Assembly (NCBI GenBank): GCA_963741205.1
Contig: CAVUHW010000020.1
Coordinates: 32,001 to 96,000, forward strand
Source of the DNA: Nitrospirota bacterium
Lineage (GTDB): Bacteria; Nitrospirota; UBA9217
Length of the DNA stretch: 64,000 nt
Reading direction: 5' to 3'
Under the pieces are notes generated by a model. That model was not told the DNA's origin. It worked only from the letters and a program-made list of their open reading frames with translations, and did no database searches. Positions 55,195 to 64,000 of the stretch are shown piece after piece. A program made the translations under genes and the position numbers. How positions within the stretch are numbered: the first letter of the stretch is position 1; each line of letters opens with the position of its first letter.

Positions 55195-56567
55195 CTAGTC
55201 TTTCCTGATCCGGTGCTTACCGAACTTATATCTGAAAACACGCTCGCTGATTCCAAGAATCTCCGCGGCCCGCGTCTGTACTCCGCCGGACTCCTTGAGC
55301 GCATCGAGAATCAGACCGCGTTCCACGGTATCCAGCGTCTCCTTCAGACGAACCTTTCAACTTCGGTGATGGCAGTTTATCTTCGTTCATCACCGTCCGC
55401 AGGTGCAGAGGAAGGTCCGCGGCGGTGATGACGCCGCGTTTCGAGAGCACGACGGCGCGTTCTATGATATTTTCGAGCTCACGCACGTTGCCGGGATAGC
55501 TATACCGCATCAGCAGGTCCCGCGCCTCCGCAGAAAGCCCGGTGATGTTCTTGTTGTTTTCCTCGCGGTATTTCTTGATAAAAAAGTCCAGGAGACCGGG
55601 GATGTCTTCCTTGCGGTCGCGCAGAGGGGGAATCACGACGGAAACCACGTTCAAGCGGTAATACAGGTCTTCCCTGAACATTCCGTCCTTGAGCGCCTTT
55701 TCAATGTCCCGGTTCGTCGCCGCGATAATGCGCACATCGGTCTTGATGGTCTGGTTGCCGCCCACGCGTTCGAACTCCCGTTCCTGAAGCACGCGCAGGA
55801 GCTTTACCTGCATGCCCGGCGTCAGCTCTCCGATCTCGTCGAGGAACATCGTTCCTTTGTCCGCCGCCTCGAACCTCCCGATCCGTCGCGCCGTCGCCCC
55901 GGTAAAGGCCCCTTTTTCATGGCCGAACAGTTCGCTCTCCAGGAGCGTTTCGGGCAAGGGCCGCGCAGTTCACCTTGACGAGAGGAAAGTCGGCCCGCGG
56001 GCTGTGATAATGGATGGCCTTCGCAACCAGTTCCTTGCCGGTTCCGCTCTCGCCGCGGAGAAGCACCGTGGCGTTGCTCGATGCGACCCGCCCCGCCAGG
56101 TTCAGGACCTCTTCCATGGCATGGCTGGTGCTCACGATCTCGTCGAACTTGTACTTGTCCCGCAGACGCTCCTTGAGCTCCGTATTCTCGCGGATCAGGT
56201 CGCGGCGTTCGGAGACCCGTTCGATGAGCACGACGAGCTGTTCGGGATCGACTGGCTTGGCGAGGTAATCGTAGGCCCCTGCCTTGATGGCCCTCACCGC
56301 CGTTTCGATGGTCCCGAAGGCAGTCATGATGATCACTGCCATGTCGGGGTTGAGCTTGCGGGCCTCGTCCGACGTCCTGAGAGCGTCCACGCCCGGGATA
56401 TTGCAATCCGTGAGGAAGACATCGTACCGTTCCCGCTTTATGGCCTGGACGGCATCCTGCACGGTCCCTACCGCCAGCACATCGTACCCTTTCAGGCTGA
56501 GGTACTGTTCCAGGCGCTGGCGCTCCGGCGCCTCGTCGTCCATGATGAGAATCCTGGCTTCCTGCAT
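55195..56567 (-). CDS. Sigma54-dependent response regulator (ZraR/AtoC-like; frameshifted)
   Basis: Receiver, [32 protein letters not shown]. Confidence 0.92.
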
Positions 56568-56643
56568 GTATTCCTCTTTATGTGGACCAAGGCAACCGCG
56601 TTGCCGTGATTCACGCCATCACGGATGGCTCGGTCCATATGGC

Positions 56644-57591
56644 TTACTTGCTCAATCTTTCATACAGGTCCAGCACGATCCCTTCCCGCAGCCCCCAATC
56701 GCTCACGAGCATCGAGGTGCGACGGAATCGCGCCATGATCTCCTGGGCAATCACGGCGCCGGCAATGATGATGTCTTCCCGTCCCGGATCAAGCCCCCGC
56801 ACTGTTTTCCGTTCTTCCCGCGTAAGCCTGCTTAGTTTGCGGACCATGTCGTCGACATCTTCGCGCGTCAGCGTGCAGCCGTTGATCCTGACGGGATCGT
56901 ACGTCTCAAGCCCTAGTTTGATCGAGGCAAGCGTCGTAATGGTACCGGCGGCGCCGATGAAAAGACCCGACAGCGAGCTCCGTAGTTCACGGAAGCGCAT
57001 GTCCAGCTCCCCCCTGATGAGTGCCCTCATACGGACAAGATCGTCTTCGGACGGCGGATCGTGTTTTATGAAACGTTCCGTCAGGTACACTGCCCCCAGC
57101 GGCAGACTGGCGATCCGGGGTCCCCGTCCCTGCTGTCGACGATGACCTCCGTGCTGCCCCCTCCGATATCAATGATCATGGAGGCCTCGGGTGAAAGCCC
57201 ACTGGCGCTGCCGGCGCCCCTCAGGGAGCACATCACGCCCCGCAGAGTGAGGAGCGCCTCCTCTTCGCCGGAGATCACCCGGATATCGAGGCCGGTCTTC
57301 TCACTGACCGTACCGACGAATTCCCGGGTGTTCGACGCATTCCGGAGGGCGCTCGTGCCGACTGCGGCGACACGCCTGAACGCCGTGCCGGCGGATGCTG
57401 CCGGAGAAATCAAGAAGGGCATTCACGGAACGCTGCGCGGCTTCAGAGTCTATCATGCCCGAGCGGGCTAGGCCTTGTCCCAGACGGGTAATTCTCCGGT
57501 CGGAGTAGAGTTCCCGAACAGCGTCCCAACCGGTTTCAGCAATGAGCAGACGAAGCGAATTGGTTCCGATATCGATCCCCGCAAGGATCAC
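56644..57591 (-). CDS. ppx: Ppx/GppA phosphatase (frameshifted)
   Basis: IDIGTNS, TRLGQG, TSALRNA, DIGGGSTE, AGTITT, GLREG. Confidence 0.9.
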
Positions 57592-58041
57592 GACAGGAGG
57601 AGGTCCTTCAGCTTATCGCTGTAGGCCTTGATGCGCAGAGCCAGAAGTTTCGATATGGTGATGAGAAGACGGGACGCGGTACGGGGATCCAGCTCAAGCA
57701 GGGCGTAAAAATCCTTGCGGGTAAGCAGTAAGAGCTCAACGGCCGTGTCGGCCCTCGCGTTTACCAGCCTGACGTCCTCCTGGACAAGCGCAAGCTCGCC
57801 GAAGAATTCTCCCGGCTTGAGCACCAGTAGTCCTATTTCCTCCCCTTCTCCGGCCATCACGGTGATCTTGACGGCACCGCTTTTCACGATGAAGAGTGCC
57901 TCCGCCGGCATCTTTTCCGTGAAGATGTTGGCATTGGGCTTGATCTCTCGTTCCTGAAACAGTTCCAGAGCGAGTTCAAGCTCATCCTCGGTACACGCCT
58001 TTGAAGAGCAGCGTTTTTTTTAGAAGTTCCAGATTGGTCAT
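57588..58041 (-). CDS. Cyclic nucleotide-binding domain protein (no HTH)
   Basis: ALFIVKSGAVKI, GEFFGELAL, RLVNARA. Confidence 0.85.
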
Positions 58042-58091
58042 GAGATGTCCGTCAGCACGGGCTGGAAAAGCCTTCGAGTGCGTTCGTATTC

Positions 58092-58120
58092 ATTATAGGT
58101 TGACCTATTTTATTTGTCAA
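58092..58120 (-). promoter_or_regulatory. Consensus sigma70 promoter with overlapping palindrome
   Basis: TTGACA-N17-TATAAT; ATAGGT-TG-ACCTAT at 58095-58108. Confidence 0.75.
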
Positions 58121-58161
58121 GAATCAACGAGGGATAGGATTAGGACGGTAAGGGTTCAGGA

Positions 58162-59380
58162 CTACGGGATGGTCTCTTTCACGAGTTCAACAAGGGAATT
58201 GACGATGCTTCTTGCGACTTCGGATTTTGGCATAGTCGGCAGTTCTTGCCTTCTTCCGGAGCGGTCGAAGATCGTCACCGCGTTCGTGTCGGTCCCGAAG
58301 CCCGATCCGTCCCTGAGAAGATCATTCACGACGACCATATCGAGGTTTTTGTCCTTCAACTTTTTCAGCGCGTTCAGTTCTATATCGTCCGTTTCCGCTG
58401 CAAAGCCGACCAGAAGTTGTTTCCCTCCGCGTTCACCCAGCTCCCGCAGAATATCGTGGGTCCGTTCGAGCTGCAGAGCTTCGGCGGCCTCCTCTTTCTT
58501 GATTTTTCTCGCTGACGGCCGGCTCGGTTTGAAATCGGAAACGGCCGCGGCCATGATGACGATATCGCTGTGGCTGTACTGTTTGAGGACCGCTGTGCGC
58601 ATTTCATCGGCGCTGACAACGGAAACGACCGTTACGCCAAACGGCGCGGCGAGCTGGGTCGGCCCCGAAATCAGCACGACGTCGGCCCCCCGTTCCCGCG
58701 CAGCGGCGGCCAGGGCATAGCCCATTTTCCCGGTGGAGGCATTGCTGATGAACCGGACCGCATCGATGGCTTCGCGGGTCGGGCCCGCCGTCACAAGCAC
58801 CGTCCGGCCTGAAAGGTCTCTTGAAAGGAACAACGAGGAGAGTTCCCCGACGATCCGGTCCGTTTCGGCGAGACGCCCCTGCCCCGTCACGCCGCAGGCG
58901 AGGCTCCCGGTCCCGGGTTCGATGAACCGCACCCCCAGCTCCTTCAGGGCGGCGATATTCCTTTGCAGAACGGGGTTGCAGTACATCCGGTCGTTCATGG
59001 CGGGCGCTATGAGGAGAGGACAGCCGAGCGCCATGAGTGCCGAAGTCAATGAATCATCGGCGATTCCCGAGGCGATCTTGCCGATGATATTGGCCGTCGC
59101 AGGCGCGATAAGAGCGGCATCGAGGCCCGTTGGTGGCCTCGATATGCCCGATGGAGGTCCGTTCCGCATTTACAAACTCATCGCACAGCACCGGAAGCCC
59201 GGAAAGCGTTTCGAAGGTCAGACGTGATACGAACCGGGCGGCGTGTTTCGTCATGGCCACGCGGACCTCGGCGCCGCGCTCGCTGAGCCGGCGCAGAATA
59301 TCCGCCGCCTTGTATGCGGCGATGCTGCCCGTCACGCCGAGCAGGATCCGCTTCCCCGATAGCACGTCGCGCTGTTCCAC
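58162..59380 (-). CDS. coaBC: Phosphopantothenoylcysteine decarboxylase/ligase
   Basis: GVTGSIAAYKA, APATAN, PAMN, LACG, TAGPTREAIDAVRFISN.STGKMG, GFAAET. Confidence 0.95.
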
Positions 59381-59385
59381 TGCCG

Positions 59386-59806
59386 TTATTCCTCGGTCTC
59401 TTCCGTCTCTTCGGTCTCGGCTTCCTCGCCGGCTTCTTCTGCGCCTGCTTCCTCGCCGGCGGGCTTCTTCTCCGCCCTCTTCCTCCTGCGTCTCGGAAAG
59501 ATAGGCGCTCAGTTCCTTGCGGATCTCTTCTTCCTTGGCAGAAAGCTGCTCTTCGAGTTTCGCCCGCTCTTCCTGCTTGCGGAACTCCTCCTTGGCTTTA
59601 ATCGCCTCTTCGCCGACGACGATCTTGAAGCTTCCCGCGACAGCCTCCTCGAGGGCGATCGTCGTGTCCTTGATGGACCGCGTCATGACCACCGGCGGAG
59701 CCCCGGCGGAGAGCTGCCGCACCCGTTGCGATGCGATATGCACCAGGCGAAACTTCGTATCGGCGATCTTGTCGTTCATTTCGATGGGGAGAGAAATCAG
59801 ATCCAT
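59386..59806 (-). CDS. rpoZ: RNA polymerase omega subunit with acidic C-terminal extension
   Basis: KFRLVHIASQRVRQL, TTIALEE; located between gmk and coaBC. Confidence 0.9.
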
Positions 59807-59856
59807 TGCTGCTTTTAGCATCATACACCTCCTGGTTAATTCGATTGTTATTTCAG

Positions 59857-60469
59857 TTAAATCATTTCCTCAATCCAGCCCGTGTCCGCCAGCCGCGTCC
59901 TGCACCGTTCGGCGATCACGATTGATCTGAGCTCGGACAGCGCACGGTCGAAATCGCGGTTGACGATGAGATAGTCGTACATCCTGAAATCCTTGATCTC
60001 ATCCCGCGCCCGGCGCATCCTTTTTTTTATCTCCTCTTCATGGTCGGACTTGCGGTTCCGCAGCCGTTCTTCCAGGATGTCAAGCGACGGCGGCATGATG
60101 AAGATGAACACGGCTGTGTCTTATATTTCGATTTGATCTGCTTTGCGCCCTGCGTATCGATATCGAGTATGATATCGAGGCCCTTTTCCGATCATATCGT
60201 CGATAACGCGGCGCGACGTCCCATACAGGTTGGAATGGACCTCCGCCCATTCCGCGAAATCACCGGCCTTGACCATCTCCTGGAACCGTTCCGGGCTGAC
60301 GAAGTGGTAGTCCCTCCCGTCGATCTCGCCGGGCCGGGGCTTGCGCGTGGCATAGGAGATGGAATGCGTCAGATTTTCCAGCGAGTCGGTGACCGCCCTG
60401 CACAGGCTCGTCTTGCCGGCGCCCGACGGCGCCGAAACCACGAACAGCAGTCCCTCGTTTTCTTTTCAC
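59857..60469 (-). CDS. gmk: Guanylate kinase (frameshifted)
   Basis: SAPSGAGKT, TRKPRPGEIDGRDYHFV, YGTS, FIMPPS, YDYLIVN. Confidence 0.95.
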
Positions 60470-60472
60470 TGT

Positions 60473-60736
60473 TCACCTCGTGCCGGTGAATCTCTGCATC
60501 AGGGTCTCCACCTGCACGGCGGAGAGGATGACATGGTCGCTGTCGGTAATGATGATCGCGCGGGTTTTTCTTCCCTGTGTGGCGTCGATCAGCATCTTCT
60601 GCTCCTTTGCTTCTTCCTTCAGCCGGCGCATGGGCGCCGAGTCGGGCGAAAGGACCGCCACGACCTTGGACGCCATGACCATGTTGCCGTACCCGATATT
60701 GACGGGGGTATGATAGTTACCTTCAAAAATTGACAT
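60473..60736 (-). CDS. remA: RemA/DUF370 family protein
   Basis: [41 protein letters not shown]. Confidence 0.92.
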   Translation of the reverse strand: MSIFEGNYHTPVNIGYGNMVMASKVVAVLSPDSAPMRRLKEEAKEQKMLIDATQGRKTRAIIITDSDHVILSAVQVETLMQRFTGTR

Positions 60737-60833
60737 GTTCGCTAAAGTATTGCTGGTTGCGCATTACGAGTTACGTGTTTTAAACCCGCAACCCGCGTTG
60801 GCTGCGGCCTCTGGCCGCGCCATGCAGCAAACG

Positions 60834-61714
60834 TCACTCGATGTTCTGGACCTGCTCCCGGACCTTCTCCAGTTCGGCCTTGATATGAACAACATCCAGG
60901 GAAATCTCCGCGTCCATGGCCTTGGAAGCGATGGTGTTCGTCTCCCGCCCCATTTCCTGGATCAGAAAGTCGAGTTTCCTGCCGACGCCTTCGCGTGAAG
61001 GTCGGCAAGCAGGGCGCGAAATTGTGATCATGTGGCTGCCCAGCCTGGTCAGTTCCTCGGTCACGTCGGTGCGCTCCGCGAGTATCGCGATCTCCTGGGC
61101 CACCCTGACGGGATCGGGCTGTTCGTTCAGCAGCCTGCCCAGGGTTTCGGTCATTCTCTTCCGGGCGAGCTCGACCGTTGCCGGGGCCTTGATCCGGATC
61201 GTTGCGATCAGCCCCTCGATGGTCTCGAGCCGGGCAAGAATGTCACCGGCCAAGAGCCGCGCCTTCCTCTCCGCGCATCCGGTCAAGTTCGTCAGGGCCT
61301 GCGTGAGGCCGCCGGAGAGGACCTGCCACAACGCTTCCGGATCTTCTTTGGTCTCGGCTACGACGACGATGTCCTGAAATCCCGCGACCATCGAGAGTTC
61401 CACCTCGCCGCCCAGCCCGAACCGTGACTTCAGGTCCCTCAGTGCCTCGATATACTGCCCGGCCAGCGTTTCATTCACGACGAGCCTGCCTGTTCTTTCG
61501 TGGTCCCCGTTCCGGGTGATGAAAACATCGAAACGCCCGCGGGAAAAACGCTCCTGCACGCTTTTCTTTACCGGGTCTCCAGCCCGCAAGCGCCCGCGGG
61601 CGACTTGACCTGAATATCAAGGTACCGGTTGTTGAGCGAGCGGATTTCGACGGTGAAACGGGCATCCGCCTCGCTCACTTCCTTCCGCCCGTATCCCGTC
61701 ATACTGCGTATCAT
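60834..61714 (-). CDS. yicC: YicC/YloC endoribonuclease (frameshifted)
   Basis: MIRSMTGYGR, RGRFDV, DVTEELTRL.SH, GRKLDFLIQEMGRETNT, REQVQNIE. Confidence 0.93.
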
Positions 61715-61787
61715 CGGTTGCTTCGCCTTTCACCAGCCCACTGATACACTTCGGGCATCTCTGGCATCAAACGGTCGTCGCGTCTGT

Positions 61788-62188
61788 TTAAAACTTTCTT
61801 GAATAGTTCTCTTGGATGACCGGTTCGAAATGAAAACTTCGTCGTGACGGCGGATAGACGTCAAAAAAAAATGTACCGTCGACATCCCACTGGGTGCTGA
61901 TCTTCATCCGTGCTGGTTTTCATCGTCGCGCTGACAATATGAAATCTTCCGGTCCGAGCGGAAGGTCGAGTTCCTTTGCCTTCTTCACAAGGTCCCCAGG
62001 ATATCCTCATCCTTCAGCTTCTGGGCCAGGCCGGCCTTCACCGCCATTTCATCCTTCATCCGTTCCGCATCCATGTACATGGGAACCAATTTGATGGCCG
62101 ACATGCACAACGACGAACAGCAGCAAAAGAACAAAAAGGGCCTTCAAACTGATCAGCCCTTTTCCGTGAAAAGGATTGATGTGCTCAT
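61788..62188 (-). CDS. DUF4845-like membrane-anchored protein (frameshifted)
   Basis: Rebuilt TM then IKLVPMYMDAERMKDEM...KAKELDLPL...FHFEP; directly after lepB. Confidence 0.6.
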
Positions 62189-62202
62189 CTTCCTCCCTTC
62201 TC

Positions 62203-62910
62203 TTACCGGATCAGTGTCCCGATCCGCTCCCACCGCACCCAGCGGCCGTCTCCGTCCCAGGACCAGTAGATGATAAGCGCCCTGCCGAGGATCTTGTTAT
62301 AGTTGACGAATCCCCACACCCGGCTGTCCTGGCTGTTGTCGCGATTGTCGCCCATCACAAAGACCGAATCTTTCGGCACGAGTATCGGGCCGAAATTATA
62401 GCCCGACTGGTCGTGAAGATACAGGATCTTGTGCTTGACGGTCCCCGAGCTGTTCTTCAAGGAGCCTCGGTTTCGGATAGTAGGGAGAACCCGCCCCCTG
62501 GTCCTCCCCTCGTAGACTCCCAGGTCGGTCACCGGCACCGGCTGGTCGTTGATGAACAGTTTTCCGTTCTTGATTTCGATTTTGTCCCCCGGCAGGCCTA
62601 CCACGCGCTTGATGAAATTCTTTGTCTCGTTCTCCGGATACTTGAATACGATTATATCGCCGCGTTTCGGCTCTTTCCAGGCAAAGATCCTGGTATCGGT
62701 AAACGGGATCCGCGGGCCGTAGATGAATTTGTTCACGAGCAGGTGGTCGCCGATCGTCAGCGTCGGGATCATGGAGCCCGAGGGGATCTTGAACGCCTCC
62801 ACGACGAACTGCCTGATGAACAGGGCCACCACGGCTGCGATGAGAAATGGCTCTATCCATTCCTTGTAAAATGATTTCTTCTTCTGTGTTTCCTGCTGTG
62901 TTTCAGACAT
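62203..62910 (-). CDS. lepB: Signal peptidase I
   Basis: FKIPSGSMIPTL, FIKRVVGLPGD, MGDNRDNSQDSR. Confidence 0.96.
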   Translation of the reverse strand: MSETQQETQKKKSFYKEWIEPFLIAAVVALFIRQFVVEAFKIPSGSMIPTLTIGDHLLVNKFIYGPRIPFTDTRIFAWKEPKRGDIIVFKYPENETKNFIKRVVGLPGDKIEIKNGKLFINDQPVPVTDLGVYEGRTRGRVLPTIRNRGSLKNSSGTVKHKILYLHDQSGYNFGPILVPKDSVFVMGDNRDNSQDSRVWGFVNYNKILGRALIIYWSWDGDGRWVRWERIGTLIR

Positions 62911-62940
62911 CCTACCTCCAGCCATTGCGCAGATGCGCAA

Positions 62941-63022
62941 TGGATTGTAAATTTAAAATTGCAAATTGGAATCTTTCTCGTCAATTTCCAATCTTCCATT
63001 TTCAATTTCCAATTTTCAATAA
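62941..63022. repeat. Inverted arrays of degenerate 7-mers (ATTGNAA / TTNCAAT)
   Basis: ATTGTAA ATTTAAA ATTGCAA ATTGGAA facing TTTCCAATCTTCCATTTTCAATTTCCAATTTTCAAT. Confidence 0.7.
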
Positions 63023-63032
63023 TATTTTAAGT

Positions 63033-64000
63033 CTACTCCCCCACCTTGAGCACGGCGAGGAACGCCTCCTGGGGCAGTTCCACGCTCCCGACCTGTTTCA
63101 TCCGTTTCTTGCCTTCCTTCTGTTTTTCGAGAAGCTTCCGTTTTCTGGTGATGTCGCCGCCGTAGCATTTCGCGGTCACGTCCTTGCGGAGCGCCTTGAC
63201 CGTCTCGCGCGCGATGATCTTGGCGCCGATCGCCGCCTGGATGACCACCTCGTAGAGCTGCCGCGGGATCACTTCCTTGAGCTTTTCCGCAAGCTGCCTG
63301 CCGCGGACCGCGGCCTTGTCCCGGTGCGTGATGAGCGAAAGCGCATCGACCGGCTCGCCGTTCAAGAGCATGTCGAGCTTCACGAGGTCGGATTCGACAT
63401 AACCCGACAGCTCATAGTCGAGCGAGGCATATCCTTTGGTCAGGGATTTCAGTTTGTCGTAGAAGTCCATCACGATCTCGTTCAGCGGAAGCTCATAGCT
63501 CAGGAGCACCCGGTCCTTGGTGATATAGGTGATCTCCTTCTGAACGCCCCGCCGTTCCTGGCACAGGGCGATGAGCGATCCCACATACTGCTCCGGCGTG
63601 ATGAGCGAGGCCATGATCATGGGTTCCTCGATACGCTGGATGTCCTGGATATCCGGCAGCTTGGCCGGATTGTCCACCATCACGATCTCGCCGTTGTTCT
63701 TGGTCACCCGGTAGACCACCGTCGGGGCTGTCGGGATGAGATCAAGCTTGAACTCCCGCTCGAGCCGCTCCTTCACGATGTCCATGTGCAGCAGCCCCAG
63801 AAAACCGCAGCGGAACCCGAATCCGAGGGCAAGCGACGTTTCCGGCTCATAGGTGAACGATGAGTCGTTCAACCGCAGTTTTTCGAGGGCGTCGCGCAGG
63901 TCCGCATAGTCCTCGCTGTCCACCGGGTAAATGCCGGCGAAGACCATCGGTTTCACGTCTTTGTAACCGGGGAGCGGGGCCTCGGCCGGGCGGTCGGCGT
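63033..64000 (-). CDS. lepA: Elongation factor 4 (partial)
   Basis: [55 protein letters not shown]. Confidence 0.98.
   Translation of the reverse strand, partial: ADRPAEAPLPGYKDVKPMVFAGIYPVDSEDYADLRDALEKLRLNDSSFTYEPETSLALGFGFRCGFLGLLHMDIVKERLEREFKLDLIPTAPTVVYRVTKNNGEIVMVDNPAKLPDIQDIQRIEEPMIMASLITPEQYVGSLIALCQERRGVQKEITYITKDRVLLSYELPLNEIVMDFYDKLKSLTKGYASLDYELSGYVESDLVKLDMLLNGEPVDALSLITHRDKAAVRGRQLAEKLKEVIPRQLYEVVIQAAIGAKIIARETVKALRKDVTAKCYGGDITRKRKLLEKQKEGKKRMKQVGSVELPQEAFLAVLKVGE

Noticed and set aside
57588-58041. cNMP-domain protein as the regulator of the TTATGA motif
   Set aside because: About 150 aa with no C-terminal HTH.
59054-59824. Apparent RpoZ-CoaBC fusion with Arg-rich linker
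   Set aside because: The linker is the shifted frame of an acidic EET tail that ends in TAA at 59386.

Overview
GC-rich bacterial chromosome segment. The RpoZ sequence style and gene repertoire suggest a Nitrospirota/deltaproteobacteria-like anaerobe (inference). Many genes, including essential ones, carry single-base frameshifts that look like uncorrected long-read indels, so genes were rebuilt across frames. Left to right: (1) a TauE/SafE exporter module with a GntR regulator, two sigma54 activators, a histidine kinase, a tandem USP and an unannotated 57-aa protein; (2) an O2/NO region with hemerythrin, prmA, cupin, di-heme norC-norB, IS1380, a NapH/CcoG-like ferredoxin, a selenocysteine peroxiredoxin, Rrf2 and a full cbb3 oxidase operon with maturation genes; (3) glgC, an AT-richer accessory patch with a RecD2 relic, redox and transport genes, two multiheme cytochromes, rubredoxin/ferredoxin, CBS-HPP and an ABC-2 efflux system; (4) core genes amrS, ppx, coaBC, rpoZ, gmk, remA, yicC, lepB, lepA. 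Best leads: a five-copy TT(A/G)TGA-N6-TCAT(A/G) promoter motif outlining a probable NO/low-O2 Crp/Fnr regulon with unknown members, the Sec-Prx/Rrf2/cbb3 operon with tandem micropeptides, and a rubredoxin-ferredoxin-heptaheme lipoprotein operon.
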